NCBI RefSeq assembly: GCF_036321535.1
Contig: NC_087444.1
Span: forward strand, 36,208,001-36,272,000
DNA: 64,000 nucleotides
Reading direction: 5' to 3'
Source of the DNA: Camelus dromedarius
Taxonomy: Eukaryota
Below are positions 45,622 to 57,311 of this stretch, piece by piece. Each line of letters begins with the position of its first letter. The first letter of the stretch is position 1. The notes under the pieces were generated by a model, which saw only the letters and a program-made list of their open reading frames with translations, was not told where the DNA came from and ran no database searches. Position numbers and translations under genes: made by a program.

Positions 45622-48600
45622 CTGCAAGGGGAGGGCTCCCGTCAGTCTGTGCTCGGGAATGAATGCAAGCTGGCAAGGCAGCATATTCCCCTGCCAGACC
45701 CCAGCCAGCACCCCAGCATCTCTCCACTGTTAATGCCCTTACAGCTTCCCTGTTTCCCCGTATCTTTGCTCTATCTGGGAAGCACTCAACTAAGACTTGT
45801 TTTTTCCTTTTGCATTTTGTCACCAGGGATTTAAGCAACATATACCCACAGCGTGATTTATGATACCCTCCTCAGGGCACTTCTTACCCGGCCTGTGGGC
45901 ACTGACCTTGTCAAAGGTGAATCAGCAGGTTGGCAGCCCAGAAAGGTCCTCTTAATCTTTTATTACATTGAGCTATGTAAACATTTTTCTCTTCCTAGGC
46001 TCAGACTTCTGGCCAGCCAGCCCTGGCCTCATCCCAGGCACTGACCTGGGCTGCCAGCCCTGCAGGAGACAGGGGAGGAGGGGAGGCTGCAGAAAGTGAG
46101 TCTTTCTCACAAAGGAATGCCAACAACATGAACATACCCACCAGCCTGTGAGACCTCTGGGGGATGAGCTGGAACTTGGGAACAGGGGCCCTCTGCCCTG
46201 CTCAGGACCCATAGCCAGCCATCACCCCATCTCTCTGACTGCAAGCCTTCAGCTCTGCTGGATGGGGCCTGGTTCTAAGACCCCTGAGGAAAGAGAATTC
46301 CCTAGCTAGGGGTTCATGACTACCATCCCTCCTGCCCCAACCCCACTCCAGGACTGCCAGGGCCAGACAGCAGCTTCCCGGAATCTGAGCCAAAGCTCTA
46401 AGGGGTTCATGGGGAAGCTCTGAAAGGGCCGAGACCTGAACTCCACCATGGCAACCTGTCTCAAACTCAGGGGATGCCCTTTCTGGTCTAGGCTGGACAG
46501 AGTGGGTGGCTGTGATGAGTCTTCACTATAACTAGATTCACTGTCCAGCCGATCCAGAGTCACTACTGGGAGAGGCACTGGGTCTGACCTGATCACAACG
46601 ATCAGGTGACCAATAAGTAGGTCAGGCAGTGTTGGTGACTTAAGGAAGAAAGCTCATCAGACGCTTGGCACAGCCCTGGATCACAGCTCCTGAAGTGAAG
46701 GTCCTTGGGGTTCACACTCAGTCCTGGCAGAGGGAGGAAAGCCCTAAGGCTACAGCTGGCAGGTTCTAACAGCCGTGAAAAGGCAGATGGATTGGAGAGG
46801 AACAGGGAAGGAGGTGGCTTTCCCAACTACCAAGCAAGCAGGCCAGACAACTCTGCACCTGCTTCCTCCCTACGTTGCCCCCAGAGGCTCCCCACGGCCA
46901 CAGAGGGAGGCGTAACTCATAAACAGGAAATCATAGCCCAAACTTCCTTCTCTGCGGCAAAGGTGGGGATGAAGAAGTGAGGATGGGGGTAAGGAGAAGG
47001 CTCCTTCAAAGAACTTTGAGTCAAACCAAATTAGGCCAGCTGGGCCCCTGCACACTGCGTGTGTGTACATTTGTGCACTGTATGACCGACAGTTATGCCA
47101 CACCATGTACATGCTGTAAGAAACTTAACACAGATAACCAGGGACATCAAATGGAGAGGTGAATTTAGAAGTAGTGTTAGATTCTTCTTTGGAAAGAGAT
47201 GTTTGGAAAAGACCCTGGAGAAGGAAGGGTCCTGCCCCAAGAGAAGAGACATGAGTGTGGCCCAGGAGGACATGGTAGAGAGAAAGAGAGGGCTCCATCC
47301 CCAACACCAGCCCCCGTCCCCCCACACTGGGCCAGGCAGGGTCTTNNNNNNNNNNNNNNNNNNNNNNNNNNNNNNNNNNNNNNNNNNNNNNNNNNNNNNN
47401 NNNNNNNNNNNNNNNNNNNNNNNNNNNNNNNNNNNNNNNNNNNNNNNNNNNNNNNNNNNNNNNNNNNNNNNNNNNNNNNNNNNNNNNNNNNNNNNNNNNN
47501 NNNNNNNNNNNNNNNNNNNNNNNNNNNNNNNNNNNNNNNNNNNNNNNNNNNNNNNNNNNNNNNNNNNNNNNNNNNNNNNNNNNNNNNNNNNNNNNNNNNN
47601 NNNNNNNNNNNNNTGGGGTCTGAACCACGGCCTGTGTCTCAGGCCAGACCCAGGACTAGGTGGGTGGGGAGAGTGCTAAAATCCAAGTGGGAGGGGTCTG
47701 GTTCCTCCTCAGTTTCCATGAAGAGAGGAAACAAAGGAGCTCCTTTTCCCTTCCTCAGCCTCATTATCTTTCCCCAGGGCTCAGAGGCCCAGAAATCCTG
47801 GGGTGAGGGTGGGGGGAGGACCAGACAGATAGACCAGGGGTGGTAGCTGTGACTTTTGGGCTAGATGCCAGAGATTCAATTGGGAGTAGGGGAAAGCCCG
47901 GGGCCTGTGGTTGTGATCTCCTCGTCCCCACCTCCCAAGACCTCAGGGAGGAAATGAGGGCAACCACTTACTTGGAGCTCGGCGCCAGTCGTAGGGGGCC
48001 CCCCGGACATCCTCACCTCGTGTGTAGCCCCAGCCCACAAGGCTCTCCACCATGGTGTAGAAATAGGAACCTGTAGACAGAAATGCACAGGATTAGAGAG
48101 AGTACAGTCATCGTCGGCCACCCACACCACACCTGCCAAGGAGACTGTGACATCTACTTCAGACAGCTCTCCTGAGGCTTGTTATCATTATGGGGCTCTG
48201 TGCTCACACTGATCAGAGACAGTTTGCAGGCTACCCCTTCAAACAAGAGGGATCTTCCCACTCTAGGAGTCCATCGGAACCTCTATCCCCCTTCCTGGAG
48301 GGCACGAGGAAGGACTACATACCCACGCTGCTTTTGCTGGGGTCCAGGAACTCCAGTGAGAAGGTCTTCCCGAAGCCAGGGACACGCACATCCACACCAT
48401 CAGGAAACTGGGTGGCACGGGAAGTCCTGTTGTAAATCAGCCTGTCAGGAGGGAATATTGAGCCAGTGACCCAGAGGTGACACTGAACTTGCTGTGTCCC
48501 AGTACTGCCCTGTATCCTGAGCCATATTGCCTTCCCGTTCTCAGATCTGGTCAGATCTATAGGGGAGAACAAAAAGTATCAGAGCAAGTTTATAAAAAAC

Positions 48601-51600
48601 GGGGGAGGGTATAGCTTAGCATGCACAAGGTCCTGGGTCCAATCCCCAGTACCTCCAAATTTTAAAAAAATTATTAAAAAAAAAAGTTTGTAAAGCACAG
48701 ATCAGAGTAACTACATCCAAATGAGGACTCCCACCAAGGCTCACAATATTCCCTTCTCCTCAGTGTCACCCACACCAGAATGAAGATCCAGTTGGGAGAG
48801 GGACGTGCCAGGTCTGGCTGTGCCATGAACATTGCACTTGACCCCAAAAGGGAGGCAGCCTAACTGTGCAGGCTCCCATCACCCCATCTCCATGAATCCA
48901 GCTCCTGTCACCCACCATAACACAACACAGGGCAAAGGAGATGGAGAATGCAACACACAACAGAGAAACCCCCACCTCTGGGCCTGAGCACCTGTGACTG
49001 CTATGTGAGGGGGTGGGCAAGGCCTATAGAAATGATGGGGACAGGGTGGTGGGAGATGGGAGGAAAGCCTTGTGCCTGGCTAGGAACCCTGCTCTGGCCT
49101 TCCCTTATACTAAGGAGGCAAATGTGCCCACGAAAACAGGCTAGACCTTCACTCCTCAGGCAATCCTCAGTGGTCCTGAGTCCCACCCACCCTTAAAGAT
49201 CAGCCACAGAAAGCTGACAAGATACCCAGCACTGGCTCAAATAATAAATCCTGGGGACCCACTCTCTCCAGGGTAATCTACAGACCATCTCAATGGCCAC
49301 TAAGCAAAGTTCTGGAAGCCAAAGCAGTCTGTGCTGGATGCAAGTCTAAGCAGGTCAGAGGACCAACGAAGACAGACAAGGCCCTCTTGGTATCAGCCTG
49401 CACCTCCAACTGGCAGTACCTGAGACCATGTCTCTGCTACAAAAATAGAAATGCAGATCAACAGCCCAGAAATAACCCTGATCGCACACAGAGGAAAGAG
49501 TCAACAAAATAGGCATCATAAACAAAGACAGGGTGCCTGGAGAACCAACTAGAACCAGCTAGTGTGCCTCCAGAGGAAAAAATCTTAATTTGTGAGACTC
49601 TATTCAGCTCAAATATTTATTGAACACTAATTGTGTTTCTGGCCCTACAGCTATAAAGATAAAAGAGATACAGTCCCTGCCTTCAAGGAGCTCAGTGTGG
49701 GAAGGAACCTTAGCTCTGGGTCACACAACTCTGGGTTCAAATCTTAGTTCCGCTACTTATTAGCAGAGTGACCCTAAGCAATTTTGTCACCTTTTTGAGC
49801 TTCCAGATTTCCTCATCTGTAAAACAGGTTTAAAAACAGCACTTATTTCACAGGGTTGCTGTAAGCCTAAATGTAAGAAAGTATGTAAAATGTATAGTGT
49901 CCAGGGGGAGGGTATAGCTCAAGTGGTAGAGCACATGCTTAGCATGCACAAGGTCCTCAGTTCAATCCCCAGTGCCTCCTCTATAAATCAATCTATCAGT
50001 CAATCTAAGGACCTCCCTCCCCCCACCAAAAAAAAATAAAGCATAGTGTCTGTATTCAATAAGCAGTAATTCTGATTATATGATTATCTCATTACGGGGA
50101 AAACATCCTTTGGAAACAATGTTTGGCAGGCATGGAATGGGGGTTAGAGAAAACAGGCCGGGGGAAGAAGAGGTTAACAGCTCTGGGGAGTGGCAGGGAG
50201 ACTTCATGAAGAGTGAGTGGGAGGGGATTTTTCAGGCAAAGGTACAGAGGTAGATTCCAGGCTGAAAGAACAGCATGTGCAAAGCTGGAAACTTGGCATA
50301 TCCCAGGAAGCACAAGCAGCTGGAGGGGCAGGTGTGGCCAAGTCAGAGGCAAGGGAAGGGGTGGAGGCCACAGTGAGGCTAACCACATATAGGGAATGAG
50401 CACATAGAGGGGAATGAGCACATAGAGGGCATGCGGCACTGGGACATGAGCAGCAGAAAAGGGAAGAAAGTTCTCTCTGGGAGAGTACAGAGGTGGTGCC
50501 AACCAGACTGAAGAAATGGGAAGGGAGAGAGGTCAGCGACTTCCAGGTCTCTTGAGTTGCAGATGACATGGAAATGGGCTCTGGAGGCCTCTTTAGGCTG
50601 GGTCAGTGAGCGGCACCCCCACCTGATGTTGTCAATCCAGCAGTCAATGATGACAGGAAGCAGCAGTTCGAGGTTCAGCCAGAGTGTGAAGTAGCTGTCC
50701 GTCCTCTTGGAGCAGAGGTAATGCACGACTGTTGGCTTGTCCAGCTTTGCCTCCAGCTGGTTGCCCAAATCACCGGGCACTGCAGGGGGACACAGAGCAT
50801 GTATGAGGCCCTGGGCCTGCAAGGCTGGAGACCCAGAGGCCTTCTACACAGAGCTGTCCCGGGCCGTGGAGTAGGCAGAGTCTTGTATACCCTGAAAGAA
50901 GCATCAGGAAACAGGATGGAGTAGTGGGCCACTGAACCAGCCAAAACTGACTCCACAGAAGGCAATCTGGGACAGGCTTGTGAAGGGGGACAATGAACAG
51001 AAACACATTTGAGAGAAGCTCATACTGGCACCTACTGGCCTACAGAGGTCCCCAGGCCTGGCTCAAAGCCAGAGCCTGTGGGCTGCTAAACCTTGCTAAA
51101 AGTTTCAGAGGGCAGATCATCTGGAGGGCCCTAGCATCCTCGCACATCTGGACGCTGTGCTGGCTATCCTGAAGCAACATGCCATTCCAGCCACAGCCCA
51201 GCAGGGGTGGGTGTGACCAGACCCCAAGGATGACGTCTCTCTACCTGAGCTGGTCTATTCGGTCCATAGAGCCCTGGGGCCCTAGTGACACTTCCCCCAT
51301 TTCTTCACTACCCAACATTCATGGCCCCTCACAGTCTATTTACTCTCAGTGACCTTTTAGGCCTCACTTGCTCCCACCTGCCATGCTCTTAACACTTTCC
51401 AAACATATCCCCATTTAGGATCCATGATCACTAAGTGGACACCAAGCTCAGCTCTCCTGGGCAACTGGGCTCCAGCTGTGAACCCAGCCCTGCAGAGGGC
51501 TCACCCTACCTGTGCACCACCCCACAGGGTCCTCAGGGCAGCCACAGGAGGCAGGTGTGGCAACTGCAGAAGTGGGGAGTACTTCTGGATGACATGCCTG

Positions 51601-53773
51601 TGGACTAGGCAGGGCAGTGTAGAGACCCTGGTCACCAAAGAGGAAGCAGATGAAAGAGGAAGTCACCAGATCTGCTTTGCCTGAATGTCCTTCGCCCTGG
51701 CCAGGCTGTGGCCTCTAAAAATAGCAGTGGTCACTTCCTGAGCCCCTTTGTGCATAGAATTAAGACAAGAGCCAGCCACGTGCTTTTCACCTCAAATAAC
51801 ACTGGGAGAGAATAGCCTCATTATGGCTACTTTACAGATAAGGAGACTGAGGCTGGAAGAGGTAGAAATGGCTTGCTACAGTCCCTTCCCACTTCCCAGG
51901 GTCTTCTTCTGTATCTCTTCTCTGGCCTCTGCTTCTTCTACCACCAATGTGGGTCCCACCCATAGGGACCAGTCACCATTGGATGCTGATCCTCTGATAG
52001 CCAAGGCCAGGTCCCTGCTCTGTGCCCAGCAGCAGTGTGTCTGCAGCCCATCATGGGCTTTCCCAGGATAATGCCAACAGCCTCATTCTCTGAGAAGCTG
52101 GGCAGGTTAGGATTTCAGTTGCTCTGTGCCCCTAGGTGATTCCTGAGGCTTCTCTTCTGTGATCTAGGATGATCAAAAGTGGAATGAATTAAGGGGTGCA
52201 GTTAGTACCAATCCAGGTGAAAAGGCCTGGGACCAGTCCAGTCAGGGACCACATACTTCCCAATACCACACCCTTCATACTCACAACTCTTTAGGCCCAC
52301 ACATGCCTCCCTGCAGGCTTCCAGGATAAAGTCCAGATGACCCAAACAGTCACGAGATCAGCACAATCCACTCCTTCCCCCACTCCATTCCACACAGCCT
52401 GAACTGCTTAGCTCCCTCCCTCTGATATGTAGTTCCCTCTGCCTGGAACTCTTTCCTGGCCTCAGCTCCAGCTGCATACTTCAGGAAGCCTTCCCTAACT
52501 GGGTGGTGGATTCTCTGTGCTTGCCCAGCATAGACTTCACCTCTGGGTGTCATCCTGCAAGCTTGGGGAGGAAAGCCAGGGCCAAATCTGCCCAAATCCC
52601 ATGGGGAACCTGGGCCCAGCATACCCCAGAGCATGGACTGGCCCAGAGCTCCTGGTGGAGGACCTCCTGGGACCACACTGCCTGCCAACTCTACCCTTCT
52701 GTGATCTGCATCATTCCCATTAAAATATTCCCAGCAGGTAGAGCATGGAGTGTCATGCTGCAGCAGAAGGTAATGTATACCTCAGCATGCCTCTGCCTTC
52801 AGGAATCCTAGCTGACCAACAAAGTAGTTCAGGGCGGCAGTGGTGGGGTGGGGGTGGGGGGGTGAGTGACAGCGTGAACTAGGCATTCAAGGCCCCCAGG
52901 ACAGAGGTCTTATCCTTGCCCACCGCCAACACAACAAAATACTGTGACTCCTGTACAATTGCCAGAGTCAGGACTAAGGAGGTAGGCAGGGGAGGTCACC
53001 TCGCCCCAACATAGCATAGTTCAAGTAGGTCTGGCAGGTTAAGGGTGAAGTCTGACATCTGTTCATAACCACTGTCTCAACCTCTCTCTGTTTATAGCCA
53101 TCCTAAGATTCTCTTGGGCCTCCTTCCTCAGGCCCAATCCCACCCATGGATAAGTTAGGGGGGAGACTTGGTGGCAGGCTAGGAGAGCAGCAATCTTTTC
53201 CCCAAAGAGCTTCCTTTCAGTAATGCCCTCTGAAACGTGTAGGGGCTGGAAGGGTGGAGGGAGACAGCTTCCTAGCCAAGCCCAAGTCAACGCTGAGTCC
53301 CCTGAGAGCCAACTCCAAGGCCACCCTACCTCCTACCAGACCTCGGTCTTTCCAGCTAAAAAATGCGGATCCGGCGAGGCAAGGCTTGGGACTGACATGA
53401 ACAGGCGGACCGATGCACAAACGAACGGTAACCCTCCCATTTACCCCCATATTCTACTGGAGAAGACGGCAAGAGGTTGACCACACCCGCGCCCAGCATA
53501 GCGAAAAGTGGACAGACTGACTCAGGTGACGAGACAGTCATACGCTCCTGCATCCCGTGCTTGGAGCAGATGCATAACTAACTGGAAGACAGCCCCGCCC
53601 GCAACCCACCAAGCTGCACGCACGAGCGAACGGACCCACGACTGGACGCGCGCCTCACCCAGTACCACCGGTGGGGGACGTCCGGCCGGGAGCGCCGGGT
53701 CTGCGAGCATCAGGAGGAACAGGAGGCCACTCGGGAGCAGTGCGGCGCGGTAGGGGCAGAGGCGGAGGCCCAT
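45110..53773 (-). CDS. PLA2G15: PLA2G15 (lysosomal phospholipase A2 / LYPLA3, LCAT family), complement join(45110..45621,[exon in gap 47346-47613],47972..48070,48323..48441,50623..50779,53659..53773)
   Basis: Signal peptide, [29 protein letters not shown], catalytic Asp (GDGDGTV) and His (GSEH). GT-AG boundaries and phases consistent. Confidence 0.95.
47346..47613 (-). CDS. PLA2G15: PLA2G15 exon 5 inferred inside N gap (should contain the nucleophile motif AHSMG)
   Basis: Serine motif not seen anywhere else. The 268-nt gap can hold the ~225-nt orthologous exon, and the - strand leaves the gap with AAGACCC, i.e. [GT]AAGA donor. Bases not visible. Confidence 0.65.
47972..48070 (-). CDS. PLA2G15: PLA2G15 exon 4 ([15 protein letters not shown]...APYDWRRAP)
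   Basis: Acceptor tctacag|GT, donor CCAA|GTAAGT, 99 nt. Confidence 0.93.
48323..48441 (-). CDS. PLA2G15: PLA2G15 exon 3 ([15 protein letters not shown]...SKSSV)
   Basis: Acceptor ctgacag|GCT, donor GTGG|GTATGT, 119 nt. Confidence 0.95.
48601..48686 (+). mobile_element. Camelid tRNA-derived SINE with internal deletion
   Basis: GGGGGAGGGTATAGCT joined directly to TAGCATGCACAAGG; A tail; TSD-like AAGTTT(A/G)TAAA. Confidence 0.85.
49720..49890 (+). mobile_element. MIR SINE (preceded by an L2 fragment at ~49605-49700)
   Basis: CTGGGTTCAAAT...GTGACC...TTTCCTCATCTGTAAAA core. Confidence 0.7.
49904..50040 (+). mobile_element. Camelid tRNA-derived SINE (Vic-1-like)
   Basis: Intact A and B boxes, A tail, TSD ATAGTGTC (49894, 50043). 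Confidence 0.9.
50384..50436. repeat. Three tandem 17-18-bp units CACATAGAGGGGAATGAG
   Basis: Units at 50384, 50401 and 50419 (the third is degenerate). Confidence 0.8.
50623..50779 (-). CDS. PLA2G15: PLA2G15 exon 2 ([10 protein letters not shown]...CWIDNIR)
   Basis: Acceptor cctgcag|TG, donor CAG|GTGGGG, 157 nt. Confidence 0.95.
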
Positions 53774-54250
53774 GGCAGCGACCGCAGCTCCAGGTCTGAG
53801 GTGCAGATTCAGCTCCCCGGGCCCGCGCCTAGGCCGGAGCAGCGGCGACGCGCTTAACCCCGCCGCTCGCAGACTTCCACAGCGGTCAGGCCAATCAGGG
53901 TCTGCCTCCTGCAAACGGCCTGCCAATAGAGACTCGCCGCTGGGGAGTCCCTCCCAGTCGGAGCTCACCGCCCCGCCCCTGCCCATCCCTGGCCAACTCC
54001 ATTAACCGCGTTGCACGCCGAGCGCATCGATCCACTGAGGTTCAGCCTGGTTTCCACGATCTCAGCTCATTGGACCCAGTCCACCGCTGCTGGGTACCCA
54101 GGACAGCCCTTGGCACCCTAAATCCACGCCGCGCAGCCCTCATCCTCGATTCCTGGCTCCTCCCTGACCAGGGATCTAGAATGCCCCGGACCGACTGGTA
54201 ATTCAGGGTCCAGTGCTCACCGTTGCTGAGCGTCCCCGGTCAAAACAAGG
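53500..54250. promoter_or_regulatory. CpG island, PLA2G15 promoter with tandem CCAAT boxes and GC box
   Basis: CCAAT at 53891 and 53923 (32 bp apart), ATTGG near 54069, CCGCCCCGCCC near 53969. Confidence 0.8.
53659..53773 (-). CDS. PLA2G15: PLA2G15 exon 1 ([38 protein letters not shown])
   Basis: gccATGG at 53773, donor CTGG|GTGAGG, 115 nt. Confidence 0.93.
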
Positions 54251-54265
54251 AGAATAAGGGGGGTT

Positions 54266-54378
54266 GGGGGTATAGCTCAGTGGTAAAGTGCGTGTTTTGC
54301 ATGTGCGAGGTGCTGGGTTCAATATCCAGTACCTCCATTAAATTTAAAAAATTATAATTAATAAACAAACAAAAAACC
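54266..54378 (+). mobile_element. tRNA-Ala-like SINE / retroposed tRNA
   Basis: 72-nt tRNA-Ala-like body (54266-54337), A-rich tail, TSD AGAATAAGG (54251, 54380). Confidence 0.85.
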
Positions 54379-57295
54379 AAGAATAAGGAGAGAAGCCAGT
54401 CCCGGGCAGTTCTTGAGCCTGAGGGGCCCAGGAGCTGACGAGGACCTTCGTGCAACTTTCAAACCGGTTCTTCGCACACTACCCTGAGGGCACCTGGGTT
54501 CAGGCAACCCTGGCCCAGGGACCCCCTGCCGTCTACCAGGGGCAGGGATGTGAGTAGGACGAGTAGAGACCAGGTCAGCGAGTTTCGCTTCCGAGTGAGA
54601 GTTCTGTCCGCCTGTTTCAGGGGCTTGCAGTGTGGAGTAACTCTAGACCCAGCAGTTCCCGCGCCTGAGAGTGGGCTTGAGCCTCGGCCCTGTGCCCGTT
54701 GGCGAGTTCCCCCGAAGAACGGGAGGGGTCTTGGGACTTCATGTCTCCCCTCCCCAAAATCCTACCCCACACAACCCTGGGATCCGGAGAGGACACAGAC
54801 TCCCTGCACCAGGGATCAATTGAGAGCGAATAAAGTGGGCAAAGACTTGACAGCCAATAATATTTTGGTACCTTGCATCACTCAGGAACAGAGGGGCCAG
54901 CATGTTTGGAGACTGGAGGTCTTGATCCTTCACACACCTCCTCATGAAGACCAGACAACACCCTGATCATCCCTGGCTGGTCCCAAGACCAACATCCAAG
55001 AGCTTTATCCTGCCCCTTCCCTCACTCCCTCCTTCCTTCCTTCCTCTTGGTCTATGGCTGACCCTTTCCAGCATCTCTGGAGTCCCCCTCAATGAATCTA
55101 CTCACGATCTTGGCTTGCCCCTCCTGTGTTCTTATAGTGAAAAACTTTGATGGTTGGGGTACCCTCCTCTCTTAAGGTCCAACTATCTCCCACCTCAGGC
55201 CCAGGCCCAAGGACCCCCTTCCAAAACCCCTCCTTCCTCACTACCATCCCAGGCCCCAGCAAGGGGGTGCTGAAGACCCATCTGGTGCAGGTCCTGTGTG
55301 AGTTACCATAGACACCTTTCTGCCAGGGCTAGGGACAGGCAAGAGTCTAGAGCCAAGGGTTAAGTGGGGGAAGGGGAGGGATCAGGACTGCCTGGGCCCC
55401 CCTGAACTCTGGCCACAGTCAGAATGTCTTGTCAGCTCAGCAGCCTCAAGTGACCATGGGCCCCTTAAAGGGTGACCTTGTCCTTGGGAGTTCCCTGGTT
55501 CCCTGGTGCCCCACTCCCATAGGCCCTGCAGTTGATAGGACCATGGCCATTCCAGGAGGGGATACCAAGGCCTGGTCAGCAATAACCCATGCTGGCACTG
55601 TGGAGAGGGGTCAAAAAGTGAGGGTCTTCCATATTCACAATGACCCCACCATCCACATGATCCCCCTAGCTGCAGAGCTGGGGACATCCTGGACTCTAGA
55701 AATCTCCCTCTCAGACCCACAATCAGGTGGTCACCAAGTTTTGCAAGCTCCACCCTCCCAAAGTCAAACTACTGTCATCCCCATAGTAGCCTCCTCACTG
55801 ATGTCTCAATTTCTGCTCTTATTCCATGACATTAAACAGTAACTCAGGCTCATGACTGTCCACTTCACTCCACTCATGACCCTCCCACTGCATACCTTGT
55901 ATGCATCTCACCCACACTGAGTGAAGACCCTGCAGGATATTCTGGCTGGTTCCCCCAACTTCCACTCCTGCTCTTCTCCCAGCTGTCTAATCTCCAGCCT
56001 CAGTGGCTTCCTTGCTGCCTAGAACAGGACAACCTCATTTTCCCTCAGGACTTCTGCAATTGTTGCACTGGGATCACTCTGCAACCCCCACTTTTGGGAA
56101 TTCAGCTGAGCTCTGCGTTTAGGTCTCAGCCCAGGCATGACCACTGACTTTGAAGCAGCCCCCACCTAGTTCCCGTTAGAATATAATCACCAGAAGAGCA
56201 AGCCTCTCATTTCCTAATACTGTAGCCTCCTCAGGTAACTAGTGTTACCACCAGCACAGACCCTGGCACACAGCAGGTGCTTAACATGTTGAATGAATGC
56301 ATGATGAACCCCCTTCTCTACAACCCTCCCCATTTCCAGGATAGGGTCCTGGTGCCTGTCAGAACTAGAGAAAGAGATAAGGGACTGAGAGGCCCACATG
56401 GTTGGATGTAAGTTCTGAGAAAGACTGGGAAAGAGAGAGGGTGTTCCTGTGGAGCAGAACATTCTCAGCAAAGGCTGAAGGTGGGAAAAAAAAAAAACCC
56501 AGAGACTGAGGAGCCAGGCCAACTGTGGCATCTTCCTCAGGTGAGAATCCAGCCAGCATCCTCTGCACCCCCTGTGTAACTGGGCCCTTTGCATTCCCTC
56601 TCCCTCATCCAAGCGCCAAGCTCCCCTACCTGGACCAGATGGGTGGCTGGGCTTGGGGCAACTCAGTCAAGACCAGGGCCTCTCAGCAGGTTTGGTAGCC
56701 AGAGCTGGAGCCAGAAATGAGTCTATTTAGAGGCTGTTTCTCACTAAAGCTCACAGCTCAGTAGGCTCCTGCCCCTCTGCTGCCAGAGCCTCCCAGAAGT
56801 CAGGAGAGGCCAAACAGTGACCTGATCATGACAGAACCCTAGGGCATGGGGCCCAGAACAGGGCCTCTAATCTGGCCTAGGCATCAAAGTAGGCTGCCTC
56901 GTGGAAGAATTATTAGAACTGGGTCTTGAAGGATATAGTAGGAGTTTCCCAGGAAAACAAAGGGATGAGTAGGTAGGTGGCTGTTCCAGGCAGGGAGCTT
57001 AGCATGTGCAGCAGCCTAGAGACCAGAAGAATCACAGCAGTGCGTCTGGATCACGTAGTTGTTGAGAATGGAACAGAGAGGTTTGAGGGTCCTGAAAACC
57101 AAGCTTAAAAATTTAGCCTAAGTCCAGGGAGCCAGGGGCCTCAAAGATTCTCAAGCAGGAGGGAAGCGGCCTGGGGCGCAGCGTCAAGGGTTTCCGGTTT
57201 CACCTCAAGACCTGTGGCTTTCTCTGGGGGGAGCCCTCCAAGGCACGCTCCTCCTCTCTGTCCCCCCGCAATACCTGGTTCATTCGACGGAGTCA

Positions 57296-57311
57296 GTGCG
57301 CCCTCTGGTGG
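57296..57311 (-). promoter_or_regulatory. CTCF binding motif CCACCAGAGGGCGCAC
   Basis: Near-perfect match to the CTCF core consensus CCASYAGRKGGCRS, in a small CpG-rich patch. Confidence 0.7.

Noticed and set aside
13417-53773. SLC7A6 and PLA2G15 as pseudogenes because exons are missing
   Set aside because: All visible exons are intact with correct phases, and the missing ones coincide with N gaps.
54266-54337. Functional tRNA-Ala gene
   Set aside because: D-stem mismatch, anticodon stem mostly G-T pairs, T-loop TTCAATA instead of TTCGA-type, plus A tail and TSD. This is a retroposed copy.
15555-54378. Inverted SINE pairs forming dsRNA or circRNA-promoting stems
   Set aside because: Oppositely oriented copies are about 15 kb apart, and nearby copies share orientation.
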